Source: Azolla caroliniana (Eukaryota > Plantae > Polypodiophyta). From it: 64,000 nucleotides of DNA. Positions 26,452-39,839 of the stretch are shown here, piece by piece. The position numbers and the translations under genes are program-made. Within the stretch, counting starts at the first letter, position 1, and the number at the start of each line of letters is the position of its first letter. The stretch is taken from positions 14,570,001-14,634,000 of the forward strand of contig JBHGNT010000017.1 of assembly GCA_043228905.1 (NCBI GenBank). The letters are read 5' to 3'. The notes under the pieces were generated by a model. That model worked only from the letters and a program-made list of their open reading frames with translations. It did not search any database and was not told the DNA's origin.

Positions 26452-26745
26452 GTCTTGCTATATCACCGAGGCAACTACCTCGTTCTAACTACAACACAAT
26501 AATAATACCTCTCTCTTTCCTCTTGTTTTTTCACTAAGGTTTGCCCTAGTTATATATATACTTATACAACTTTATGGCTATTTACATACATAGCCCTCAT
26601 GTTGCACATTTCAACTATTTACAAATATAGTCTCCCAAGTTGGCTGCATCCACGATTTCGGTTTCGGTCTCGGCATATTAGCCTCGACCGAGTTACTCAT
26701 TAACTTGGCTCTTCTCTTCCCATCCGGAGGGACCTGTTCCCAACA
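23102..26745 (-). mobile_element. Ty1/copia (MEDxxGGMFKLTG family), 5' LTR to mid-RT
   Basis: 5' LTR 26135-26745. PBS TGGTATCAGAGC at 26120-26131. Gag, WVVDSGA, integrase, then RT QLDVKTAFLHG ending at LLYV. Confidence 0.9.
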
Positions 26746-27077
26746 TTGTGGACCAATTGTGGACGAAATATGCGTGGAAATGTATGTGTTTGTGTGTGTG
26801 TGAGGACCTATCGTAGTGTTCAACAAACAACATAGAAGGAGGCGAAGAGAATAAACAGAACATAGACACGGTTTAAGCTTTAATGGAAGCTTTGTTATTA
26901 CGTTCTCTCTCTCTCTCTCTCTCTCTCAAAGATTGCCCTACCAGATGATCAAGAAGCTCTAGCTTTGCAATATTAGGTTATTGCTTATATACTAAGCCCT
27001 AACTCTTTGGACGAGTTCACATTAGGATACAAGGTGGAAGGAGTCGGCCTTTTATGCCAACAATATCTTCCACCCAT

Positions 27078-30000
27078 CATTGCGGTATTCCGCGGGTATG
27101 TGTAAAAGAGGGGCGGGACCACAGGGATCTCGGACGAGGAAGTGATGGGGTGTCGGAAGCCGACTTCTCTCCGGTCTTGGCTGCACTGGTTGTGGCACGA
27201 ACTGGAGAGATTCCGGACGCGTACTATGGCTACCAAACGCGAGAGAGGAAGAGAGGGAGAGCATGTGCGCGACACCGACTTTTATGTACAGTCAAAACAA
27301 AGGAGGGGCCTATCCACCCGACACCAACAGAGACACCATTATGCACACACAGATATGATCATGTATATTACAAGGGAAAGAATACAACCCCAACTTCGAG
27401 CCGGACCAATGTAGGTTACAGCCGCAGTCGGTTGCCAAGCCGTCGGTCGGGGAGCTCATGGGTTGTTGCGCGGAGCGGGGTCTTGCATAGGACCGAGCAG
27501 AAGCAAACCTCAAAAAGGGGGGGAGATACAACCACGGCCCCGAGTCGGCTACGCACAGAAGAAGAGAAACTAACCTAACAGCTTGTCGTCATAGCTACTG
27601 CTCGACTCCTCGAGAAGAAGCAGGAAAGAAACGAAGAAGAAAGGAAAGAATGTAGCTAACCCTAGAAAGAAACATAAAACGGTATACCCTTATGACTCAA
27701 AATTGGGCAACCCCTTCACAAGGGGCTCTCCCTTCCTTTTATAGAACAAGGAGAGAGATGCGTTACAATGTGGGATAAATCCCGATTTACATGAGATCCT
27801 CTGTCCCTACTTAACTCCTATTATTCACACATTTTTACAAGGGTAAGTGCACATGGTGCACACCACCAATTCTCCCGATATTCTTCGATTCTGCCTAGGG
27901 AAGGTTTTCTCCACGACATCCGCCCCCACCTAACCGCGCATCCACCGGTATGCGCCAAAATAGACTCTTGCCGGAGAAGACCGACCCGCACTTACCCTTC
28001 GTTCTCCGGGTCACCAATCGCTTCGAATCGGTCGTCCTCGCTATCCATGTTGCCCAGATCCGGTTCATCCTCATGCCGCTTGCCTCTCCGTAGGCTCATT
28101 CGTCCCGCCAATAGGTCGTTCGCTGCAACCCCGTAGTACATGTGCCTCATCGTTGGCCCTTCCCTCGGCCGTATGCACGCTCCGCTCTTCGTGTACTGGT
28201 GTCCTCCACGTCCGAGGAACACCCCGTGGTAGCCCGCTTGACCACTTTCGTCCCACGCTGCTGCTACCGGTTTGGAGCCTTCCGCTCGCCGTCGTCCCCT
28301 CGCCCCCACCAGCTTGTTGTCTCGGGTCTGGTACGCTACGCCAGTCGTTGCCACTCCCATCCGTAGTTCTTTGCCTTCGTCCCCTTGCCACCACCGATCG
28401 TCACTCTAGGTCTCACGCCGGCCCTTCGGCCGACCGCCAGAGTCTCTGGAACCGGTGTGAAGGATCCTCCTCGGCTCGTTGTATCTCAGACCCTTATCCC
28501 GGGTCGTCTTCGTCCGCAAGTCGAGAGGGTGGCTTGCTCCACACCCTCTCCCGTGGTACCGCCATACCGTGTTCCCGGCCTCTCTCTCTTCTTCTGGATC
28601 GGTTATCCGAAAGTCCGTTCCGCCCCGTTCTCATCCGGGTCTGCCTGTCATTCTCTGGATTGCCGGGTCCCCTTCTCCCATCGCCACTGATCTCTCCTAT
28701 AGGACTCACGCCGGCACTCGCGCCTACAGCCGGATCGGTGTGAGGATCTCCGTAGGACCGGTCTTCATTCTCCTCTTCATCCTCTGTACTTCTCCTGAAC
28801 TCGTCGTCGCTCTCCTCGCTGTGCTCCCGCCACCATCTTCCATCTCTTTCGGTCTCACGTTGCCACGCCGACCGAATTGCCGAAGTCTCCGGACAAGATG
28901 TGGGGTAAATGATTTCGCAACATCTTTTGGTGACTCGTCCAGGGCCATTGACCCTTTTAGTGGTGTCGGTGGAAAGCATCCGCTCTGTGATTAACCAAGC
29001 CCCGCCTGGGCTTGATTCTCCAATGTCCGAGGTTTCGGCTGTGATGCTGACCTCGCCGGACTCATTCTGAACCCTTGATCACCTTCTTCCTGATGTCCCG
29101 ACCTTCGCCCGACCGGTCTTTCTCCCCATGTAAAAGAGGGCGGCTCGTTCCACACCCTCTCCCATATCGGCACCTTCATGCCAATTCCGGCCCCCGTCGA
29201 ATAATTCACGAGTGGATCGCACCCCACCTGAATCGGAGCGCCGCGGGGTCGGTCCCCGGTCGGATCGTTTCATGGTCCCCTCGTCGACCTTCTCGCGGGC
29301 TGTCTCCCATCCATTTTCGCTGGCATCGTGCTAGGACTCCTCGATACCGTCATCCATCTCCTCGGTCTCACATGGGCGTAAGGGCCCGAATGCCGAGTTC
29401 TCCGGAATCGGTTTCGAGGGCTCTTGTCTGCTCCTTCCTTGAATCATCTCGCCGGCGATTCTCGGTCTTACGCCGCTGTCTTCCTCCTCCAGGGACTCAC
29501 GTGGGCACTCAGGCCTGATTGCCATCGTCTCGGGAGCAAGTGTGGGAAGATGCGAAGAGCCGCCCGTCCGTTTTACGCCCTCGTTCGTAGCCACCGGCTC
29601 CTCGTGGTCGGTGGTCGACTCCTTACTGATCGCGCAAGCCCCGCTTGGGCTTGCTTTTCCCATGTCAGGGGTTTTGGGCTGACATGCCCGAAACCGCCGG
29701 TCCCAATGTTCCGATTCTGGGATCGGTATCTCGGCCTCGTCCTCGGCCGTTCTAGCTCCGCAAGTCGAGATGGCGTTTTGTTCCGCGCCCTCTCCCGTGG
29801 TACCGTTGTATCGATCTCCTGCCATCTCGTGGGGCAAGTCCGCCTCCCCGGCGTCGGCTCGCGGTTTCAATCTTTCCTCTTCCTCGAGCATTCCCTCGAG
29901 AGCCGCGTACGCCTCCGCAATCCTGGCCCCGACGCCGACCCTTGCTGACTCTCTTTGCCGTTCGGCCTCTTCCCGTTGTGATGGCACGCCGTCACGCGCC

Positions 30001-31440
30001 TTCCTCTTAGCCTTCTTGGCTCGCTCGTCGTCTAGCTGTTGGCATACCCTTCCGACCTTCGACCAGTCCTCCGTAAGGCCATTCGTTCCGTCCTCGTCTT
30101 CGAGGTCAAGCCCGATGGCCTCCTGTTCCGCTCGGTCAATCGACCTGACGAACAACAGGACTTTGTCCGCCCCCACCAAACCTTGTTCCTGCTTCGGGAG
30201 CCGAGCAAGTCGCCGCTCGAACTCTCGGAACGCCTTCATTGCGCCTCGGTGGGTCTTCGCCGATGCTATCCACTGGTTGAAGTTGCGTCATCCCCGGCTC
30301 TTCCGACGTCCTCCATATGCCTGCAGGAGCGCCTCTTCGAAGGCCTCCCACGAACTATGAGCTTCTCGGAGCTCCTTCACCTCCGTCTCACTCCTCCATT
30401 TCTGCGTTGTAGGCTTCCAAGTAGAATGGGACCTTGTCCCCGTTGAAATGACTGACTCTTTCGACCACTAGCTCCACCGCTTGCTGCGCCGACTCTCGTC
30501 TTGCTGTTGCTCGTCCAAACTCCCTCACCACTTCGACAAAAAGTTGCACGAAGTCGTCTTCTTCCAACTCCATCCTCCCTTGCCGCCCTTCACGTCGGGT
30601 TCACCAAATATATCGCGGTATTCTGCGGGTACGTGTAAAAGAGGGGCGGGACCATGGGGATCTCGGACGAGGAAGTGATGGGGTGTCGGAAGCCGACTTC
30701 TCTCTGGTCCCGACTGCACTAGTTGTGGTGCGAACTGGAGCGATTCTGGACGCGTAACGGTGGCTACCAAACGCGAGAGAGAGCATGCGCACGACACCGA
30801 CTTTTATGTACAGTCAAAACAAAGGAGGGGCCTATCCACCCGACACCAACAGAGACACTATTATGCACAAACAGATATGATCATGTATATTACAAGGGAA
30901 AGAATACAACCCCGACTTCGAGCCAGACCAAGGTAGGTTACAACCGCAGTTGGTTGCCAAGCCGTCGGTCGGGGAGCTCACAGGCTGTCGCGCGGAGCGG
31001 GGTCTTGCACAGGACCGAGCAGAAACAAACCTCAAAAAGGGGGGGAGATACAACCACGACCCCGATCCGGCTACGCACAGAAGAAGAGAAACTAACCTAA
31101 CAGCTTGTCGTCATAGCTACTGCTCGACTCCTCGAGAAGAAGCAGGAAAGAAATGAAGAAGAAAGGAAAGAATGTAGCTAACCCTAGAAAGAAACATAAA
31201 ACGGTATACCCTTACGACTCAAAATTGGGCAACCCCTTCACAAGGGGCTCTCCCGTCCTTTTATAGAACAAGGAGAGAGATGCGTTAAAATGTAGGATAA
31301 ATCTCGATTTACATGGGATCCTCTGTCCCTACTTAACTCCTATTATTCACACATTTTTACAAGGGTAAGTGCACATGGTGCACACCACCTATTCTCCCGA
31401 TATTCTTCGATTCTGCCTAGGGACAGTTTTCTCCACGACA
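27078..31440 (-). mobile_element. Non-autonomous gag-only LTR retrotransposon with tRNA-Trp PBS (Phygy-like)
   Basis: Highly similar ~830-bp LTRs at 27078-27918 and 30611-31440. PBS complement TTCACGTCGGGTTCACCA at 30589-30606. PPT near 27920. Gag-like ORFs at 29331-30573. No RT/IN motifs. Confidence 0.85.
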
Positions 31441-32144
31441 CCGTGCTTGGTGTTGATCGGCCACCGGCCCTTCTTTTTGAAGTCCATCGACATTAGATTG
31501 TTTTCCGATCTGTGGTCGATTAGTGCCACCATTGGCTCCTTCAGATCCCCGATCCGAACCGGGGTTTCTGTCTAGCTTTGGCCTAGCGTGGGTTCATATA
31601 GTGGCTGTCTGGAAACTCCTCTTCCATCGCCACCCCTTCGATGTGGGCTGCCTTCACTTCGCCCGGCTTCTCCGGCTCTGGCTCTGTCGAGAGCCGCTTC
31701 CTTTTCACCAAATTCACAATGGAATCGTGGAATTCCATCTTTGCGATTCCTAGCACCTCCCTCAACGAGAGCTCCACGTTGTTGTCAAGGATTCGTTCCT
31801 CTAAGACCTTCCACAAGTCTGTCGCTCTCTCTATCTCCGAGCTCAACTGGAAGCCCGACATATTCATCTTCTCCTGTGAGCCGATTGGGCCTCCGTCATT
31901 CCTTTTTGACCCACTCCGGGTCTCATACTGGTTCGAGGGTCCGGCCTTCCCGACCCGCTTATCTTACAACTAGAACCTTGTAGTTTTGGTACGCGGCTTT
32001 CCACGAAACTGGTCTTCTCTTCTGCCGGATCGTCCCATCCGGTGCCCTCATGGATCCGCCTCTCCGCACGGTCCACCTCTTACTTTCTTAGCCTCACCCC
32101 CGAGAGGCCTTCAGCATGAGCACCCAGAATTTGGTATTGCTTCT

Positions 32145-35100
32145 TGTTGAGCGAGCAAGCTCAACCGGATCCGGATCGGCTAAATAAGCCAAAGCCAGAT
32201 CGGTATTTGGATACAACCGGCCGGGTCGGGGAGACAGATTGGAGAGCCGGATTTGAGTGGGAACCGGAAACCTAATAGTAGCCTAGACTACTAGGTAATC
32301 ATTGTCTTGTATTTAGTGTCAGTCGCTCGTATAAGCATTGAAGTACCTGTTAGTACTTCTGTTAGTCCTTTTGAGGACTTGTATAAATAGTGTTGTTTAG
32401 CATGTTGTATGTATAGAGTTTTAGAGTGATTTTTGAATTGAGTTTATGTTCTGCTCTCTCTGTCTCTCCCGTGTATATTCTCTGTGTATTAAGCTTCTCC
32501 ATTAAACCTTCCTCTTATTCTCTGTTGCTATCCAGCTGATCCGGTTCTGTCTAATAGTTCCGGACATAAACATTTACATGATATTAGAGCACGAGGGTTG
32601 AGAACCTGTGCAACCGACCCTTGCTTTCGTAGACGAACCCTAGAACCCGGTAACAACAGACATAGAGAAGATATGGACAGAGGAATGACAAGTTCACTTC
32701 CAATAGAGAAGCTCGATCGGAGCAACTACGTGTCCTGGTCATACAAGATGCACCAGTACCTGCTGGGGCATGGATATTGGAGCTTCATGGAAGGAACGAA
32801 ACGAGGTAGCGCCAGAGCCGACACACGAGGACTTCCCGATATGGGAGCAAGGAACGAGCTGAGTATTGTACTGCCTTGTGTCCTGTGTGCACGAACATAT
32901 GCTCGACTGCATAAAGGATGCAAAAACACTGAAGGAGGCTTGGGGAAATCTGAAGAAGATTTTCGCCGCGAGTACCACAACCCGTAAGTTGCAGCTCCGA
33001 CAAGAGCTAAACAACATCCGACAAAGGGACATGTCAGTTACGGATTACACCACCAAGATAAAGGAAATTTGTGACCCACTCGGGTCCATCAACGTGACGG
33101 TGGACGAAGACGAGATGCTATAAATCTGCCTCGGTGGACTAGCGCAAAGGTACGGGCCAATCCGAACAACAATCTGCACTTGGGAGAAACCACCATCTTT
33201 CTTTGACTTGCAATTGATGCCGATGGTTGAAGAAAACCATGCGAGTGGGTCCATGATCACTCAATCGGACACCCGGATGCTGGACATGGAGTCGGATCGG
33301 CCCCGTGGGCGTGGAGGACGAGGTAGGACGACACGCAATGGAGGCAGCCGGCAAGAGCATGACGAAAGGCACATAGACAGTGCCGACAACAGTTCCGAAC
33401 CCTCCAGAGGTATGGGGAGTCAAAGCGGCGCTGGGAACCGGCAAGGGAAGGCCGACATAGAATGCTGGTACTATGGCAAGAAAGGCCACAGGGAAAGCGA
33501 GTGCTGGAGGAAGCGTGCCGACTCGGACAAATCCGGATCCGCCAAAACCGGTCCGGAAAACTAGGAAAGCTTGCATTACACGGAAGGATCAGAATGATCC
33601 GGAACCAGGAAGACCGGTAAAGGGCTAGTCTTCGTGATGAAGCACAAGGCTAATTTGATGAAGAAGACTACTTCCAAATCGGAGGAAGTATGGTACGTTG
33701 ATTCCGGAGCGTCCAACCACATGACGAGCCATGTAGAGTGGTTCTCTTTTTTGGAGAAGTCGGAACAACAGGGGATTGTCGAAACCGGAGACGACACCCC
33801 TCACTCGATTGTGCATGTCGAAGAAGTCCCTTTAAGCCATGTCAGACAAAAGGGGAAGCAAATGAATGTACTACACGTTCTAACTATCACAAAGAACCTA
33901 GTGTCAGTTGGACAAATCTTCGACCAAGGGATGCAGCTGCAGTTTACGCACCTAGGGGGCTTCATCGAGGAAGAAGGTCGGATACTTGCGCAAGGGCGCC
34001 GAGAAGGGAGGATGTGCATCCTCAACACCAATGACGTTGGCACCGCCATGTTTGCCAAAGGGTAGAAGGTCGAGTCGGACATCGACCTGTGGCACAAGCG
34101 GATCGGCCACATCAACTACCAGAGGCTTCAGGACCTGCAATCGAAATAGGTTGTCTTCGATTTGCCAAAATTTAGCGGCTCGAAGGCCGAAGTTTGTGAA
34201 GCTTGCCAACTCGGGAAGCAACACCGGCTTCCATTCCCCACTGATCGAAACCGGAGCCATAACAAGCTCGACTTAATCCACTCGGATGTATGGGGACCCA
34301 CACAGAACGTTAGTCTTGGTGGGAATCGGTATTTCGTCTCCTTCATTGACGACTATAGTTGGCACACATGGATCTACCTCATCGAGAGGAATAGTGAAGT
34401 CTTCGAGTGTTTTTGGAACCCTCAAAGCTTGGTTGAACGGGAAACGAAGAAGAAGATCAAGTGCCTACAGTCGGATGGCGGAAAAAGAATACTTTTCCAG
34501 CCAATTCAACAGTTATCTACAGCATAACGGAATTCGGAGAGAATTCAGTTGTCGATACACATCGGAACAAAACGGTGTGGCCGAGAGGAAGAACCGGTCG
34601 ATTGTCGACGCGGCAAGGGCAATGTTGGAGGAGAAGAGCATGCCCCAATTCTATTGGGCTGAGGCGGTCCGGACGATTGTCTACATCCAAAACCGGATCG
34701 GGGACAAGGTGTTAGCACATGAGTTGTATTTCGGGCAGAAGCCGAATTTGAGGCACCTTTGGATATTTGGTAGCATAGCATATGTGCATGTACCGGATGA
34801 GAAGCGGAGGAAGCTGGATCCGAAGTCGGAGAAGTGCATTCTAGTCGGTTACTCGCATGAGCAAATGGGGTATAAGTGCTATAACCCCCAAACTAACCAG
34901 GTTTGAGTAAGCTGAGATGTCGAATTTGATGAGAGGGCATCATGGTACTCCTTATTGACTCCAACTCCTGATGAAGTCCCGATTCCAGAAGATGAGGCTA
35001 GTGAGCCTGAGGAGGTCCAGATAGAAGATGACGAGCTTGAGACTCTAGAAGAGAGTCTGGAATTGTTTCGGTTGAGTGGACCGAACGAGCGACTGGGTCA

Positions 35101-37498
35101 AAGTGACCAGTTGAATGAGGAACCGGTGAGTAGTGGAGACTCTGCCATCCTGTCCCCACGCAAGGAACTGAGGAGACGGTTCATGCGCAAAGAGAAGGGG
35201 AAGAAGAAGATGTTGGAATAGGAAACCGGCAATGTTGAGTCAGATTAGAGCAAATCCGACTCAAGAAAGGATGAAGGCGGATCTTCGGGAACAAAGTTTG
35301 AACCAGCCAAGAAGGGCCCCAAACCAGGTGATGACAAGTTACGCCGGTCTTCCCACTAGAAGAATCCCGTTATGCGGTACAGGTACAATGAGTACATGGC
35401 GCATCACTATGCGTACATGACCAAAGTGGTGGAAGTGTGTGAGCCGGAGAGATATGCAGAAGTGGCAAAGGATGCAAATTGGCGTGCCGCTAAGGAGGAA
35501 GAAATACGGGCACTCGATGCCAATGACACATGGGACCTCGTTGACCCTCCCCAACACTGTAAGTCGATGAGTTGCAAATGGGTGTACAAGGTAAAGTACA
35601 ATGCCGACGGTTTGGTTAACCGGTACAAGGCCCGGTTAGTGGCGAAGGGATATGCACAGACCCACAGAATCAACTATGACAAGACCTTTGCTCCGGTAGC
35701 GAAGATGACAACTGTTCGTGTGGTACTTGCGGTTGCTGCGGCAAGGGGGTGGCATCTTCACCAGAAGGATGTGAAGAATGCGTTTCTTCAAGGTGACCTT
35801 GAAGAATGGGTCTATATGATCCAACCTCTCGGTTTTCAGTCGGAGATGAACAAGTTGGCGGTGTGCCGGCTTAAGAAGTCGCTTTACAGTCTGAAACAAG
35901 CCTCCCGAGCTTGGAATGCGAAGATCATGTACTAGTTGCGTAAGATGGGGTTTGTGACCTCTAAATCTAACTCATCGTTGTTCATCCGGCAAGGTCTGAA
36001 CGGTTCGGTTTGCATCTTGCTTTATGTAGATGATTTAGTCATCACCGGACCCAAACTCAATGAAATCGGCCGAGTAAAGTGCCTGCTGTCAGACACATTT
36101 GAAATGAAGGACCTGGGGGACCTTCATTATTTTCTTGGGATCGAGGTGATCCGAATCCCCGATGGCATATTGTTCTTACAACACCATTATGTGTTGAATA
36201 TGCTGTACAAGTTCGGCATGACGGAATGCTGACCGATCTCCACACCCCTGGACCGGAACTAGAAGCTCCGTCCCAACTCTGGACTAGCCTGCGATGAGAA
36301 ACGGTTCCGACAAATTGTCGGAAGCCTGATATACTTGACAATCACCCGACCCGACATCAGTTATCCGCTCGGTGTGATCAGCCAATTCATGCAAAAGCCA
36401 ACCGTGGAGCACCTTCAGTGCTCGCATCAAATATTGCGGTATGTGAGCGGATGAAGGACCGGGGACTGTTATACTAGCATGGTATAACTCAACGATATGC
36501 TTGGTGTACAACATCTCGACGTGCCACACTTGAGGGGGCGAACAGGAATGGGCAAAGCCACAACATGAACGGGCAAAGGCATTGGTGATGAGGTAGCCGA
36601 GTCGACGAAGGAAGTCGGCACATCCGAGCAAGTCGGAACAAGTGGCAACGGCGGTAGAGTCAAGAAGAACAGAGCCGACCGGAAGGAGAAGGCGAAGACC
36701 CGGACATGGTCTGATGTTGGAGAACACCGACTCGGACAAGAGATGGAATGACGAAGATAGCCGATTCGCTTCAACTGTTGGATTCGAAGAAGCCGGATAA
36801 ACTAAAGGCCAACCAAACGAGAAGGCAGCGAAAGTCGACACCGACACGAGGAATTGATGGATCGACAAGCGCCAGAGTCATAACAGCGAAGGAGCTGAAA
36901 TGGGCCTATTGAGCAGACAAGCCGACCAAGGAGGTCGAGGTGCGCAGTACCGGACGGGTCGCGGGAAGCGGAACCGGACCGGAAGAGGAGCGCGAGCAAG
37001 GCAGAACAATGCCAAAAGGAGCTGGGTGGAAGGATTGGCTGCCACAGACACTAGCATCACAATCCGACCTCAAGTTGAGCTTGAGGGGGAGTGTTGAGCA
37101 AGCAAGCTCAACCGGATCCGAATTGGCTGAATAAGCCAAATCCGGATCGGGGAGACGGATCGGAGAGTCAGATTCGAGTGGGAACCGGAAACCTAGTAGT
37201 AGCCTAACTACTAGGTAATCATTGTCTCGTAGTTAGTGTCAGTCGCTCGTATGAGCATTGAAGTACCTGTCAGTACTTTTGTTAGTCCTTTGGAGGATTT
37301 GTATAAATAGTGATTTTCAGGATGTTGTATGTATAGAGTTTTGGACTGATTTTTGAATTGAGTTTATGTTCTGCTCTCTCTGTCTCTCTTGTGCATACTC
37401 TCTATGTATTAAGCTTCTCCATTAAACCTTCATCTTATTCTCTGTTGCTATCCGACTGAGCCAGTTCTGTCTAACGCTTCTGCATGTAAACATTTACA
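32145..37498 (+). mobile_element. Two-LTR Ty1/copia element, decayed, RNase H largely deleted
   Basis: LTRs 32145-32578 and 37092-37498. TSD CTTCT/CTTGT. Mutated iMet PBS at 32579 and PPT at 37083. Gag, WYVDSGASNHMT, integrase, RT LLYVDD. Confidence 0.93.
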
Positions 37499-38399
37499 CT
37501 TGTGCATGCGATGCCCTTCTCTCCACCTACCCGGATCCCAGCTGACATCGAGTAGTGAATGACCTTGGTGTTCCGGGCCACGGCCTTCTCCATTAGCCTC
37601 TTCATTCCGCCCCGACTGGTGTTCAGCTCCGGTGGTTTCCGGGTCTCGCACGCGTGCACCACTCCGTTCCATAGGTACACCACGTCGCTCTTGAGCACTT
37701 TAGTGAAATCGGCGGTCTCTCTAGACGTGGCCGATGGCGTCGCACCACATACACCTTTGGTCAAACGGCAGCCTTCGGTCGCACGATTGACCACCGCCTT
37801 CTGTCCGGGCCTGAGCAATCTGATGGTCTCTTATAATCTTCGTTAGATCCTCTAGAGCCACGCCCTCGGGTGCTCTTGACCGCATTGGCCGGTACCGCAC
37901 CCGACTCGACCCACCTTTGTGCTTCCTCTGATCGTGTCGGAATCGATCCGTCCGGCTTCTTCCCGGTAGCCGAGCCTGCCGCCGATGGTTCCGCAACATT
38001 CCATTCTCGCCGTTTGTCGAAACGGCTACAAACCCTTTTTACCACGGCCCAATCGGCCGTGAGCCCTTCGTCTGTTTCCAATAGGAGACCCACCTTGTCC
38101 CGATCGAGCACGTCGATCGACCTGATAAATAGCAGGACCTTGCTCATATCGAGCACGGTTCGGTCCAATGCCGAGAGTCACACAAATCGTCTTTCAAACT
38201 CTTGGAGGAGTGCTGATGTGTTCCTCTCCTTACCAGGGCTCTCGACCTACTCCATTAGCGCCCTCTACGACAATCAAAGCTAGTCATCAAAGTCGTATCT
38301 TTCGAGGAGTCGCTCCTCGAACTCCAGCCAACTTTGGGAGTCGGCGTGCAACTCGAGCACCTCTGCGTGGATGCTTGACAAAACTACCCGGGGAAATGT

Positions 38400-39578
38400 T
38401 GTCATGAAGATCCATCACTATGTGCGTATCGTGAGGCGGAACCGCCGGGGTTCTGGACCGGAAGGATTCGAAGTTTGCACAAGCTTTAGCGAGAAAGTAT
38501 TTAAGATAGATTGAAAGAGAGAGATTGAGATAAGATAGGACACTTGACTTTAGATTGAGACACAAGATTAATACATCACAAAAATGGGATAACGAATTTT
38601 CTTCTTAATATTAATTTTGATATAAAGTACAAAGCTTGTTTGATTAATCCCTAGCCTCCCCTTTTGATCTTTTTCAACTACTCTTTTATAGAAGCCCCCA
38701 TGCATATGATGCATGTGAGGCTATAAGACATGCATACAATGCATGGAATACATGTGATGCATGTTTGCCATTTGGCGCTCATGCATTACATGTGATGCAT
38801 GATAACCATGTCACTCAATCAAGCTCTAATATGAGAATTTACATGTAAAAGTATAATGATAGAAAAAACATTTCTAAGCAAATGATTTAGCTTAGTTGTA
38901 AGTCTATTGCCTCCTATCTTGGAGGTGCAAGGTTCAAGTCTTGCTTGCATCCCTTTGATTACAAATTTCTAATAGGTTTTTTAGTCTAGATGATTTTGTT
39001 CGTTTCACACTGAAATCGTCGCGATTAACCTATTTGATCGATCCGTCTATCCGATTCGCTTCCAACCCGGTGATCTGGTCTATCCGTTCCGGTTCTGTCG
39101 CCGTTCGGTGCCGGTGTCGGTTTCGGCTCCGACGCCGTCTGTCCGTCTAGTTCCGTCGTCGTCCGTCTGTCCGGTTTCGGCTCCGTCCAAAACACTATTT
39201 GAATAACTTGGCCACATCCATTCATCCAAGTTATACAACCCAACCCTTCTAGGCTCCTAGCACTTAGATAAAATATAACAAGATATGGCTCTACTTATAT
39301 ACTCTTACATCCTGATGTTGTCCTATTTATGTGGGATAACTCACAAATTTGTTTTTCTCTTCTTCTTCTCAAACTTCATATTCACATAACTTGACACTAA
39401 TTTGTCCATTTCACATGTAGTAAAATGCATTCGGAAGCTCTTGAAGACATCCATCTTTTCATACCAAGATATAAAATAATATCTTCATTATTATTTTTCC
39501 ATATTGTGTGTGAAGAACCACACTCAATTTTGTACATTCCATGCAATTTTCACACCGTGGGCGAAAATCTTTACGACA
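38400..39578 (-). mobile_element. Solo LTR (~1.18 kb)
   Basis: TGTCATG...TACGACA termini. 4-bp TSD ATGT/ATGC; removing the element restores the host gag frame (LFA-FPRVV). TATA on the minus strand near 38685. Confidence 0.8.
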
Positions 39579-39839
39579 ATGCGAACAACTATCTATCGTC
39601 TGGAATATCTCTGAACAGCATCTCAGCCTTGAAGGCCTCGAGGTAGTTCGTGACATCCTTCCTGTTGAAACGGCCTCTCGTGCTGACTATTGTTTCCCCA
39701 GCCGTGTCGAGGCCACTAGTGCTTTCACGAACGTTAACCAGACGGTCAACAACCACCGCCATTGATTCAGCTAGTTCGCTTCCTCTCATCTTCGGACTCC
39801 TCTGCCGCCCCTTTCATGTCGGGTTCACCAAAAACACTT

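Larger units (their letters stand above)
31441..39830 (-). mobile_element. Phygy-like Ty3/gypsy gag-protease region, split by copia and solo-LTR insertions
   Basis: tRNA-Trp PBS at 39813-39830. Gag pieces 39579-39789, 37499-38399 (CMWCDAIGH knuckle) and 31441-32144, with a VALIDHRSE protease motif. Reading frames rejoin across the insertions. Confidence 0.8.
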
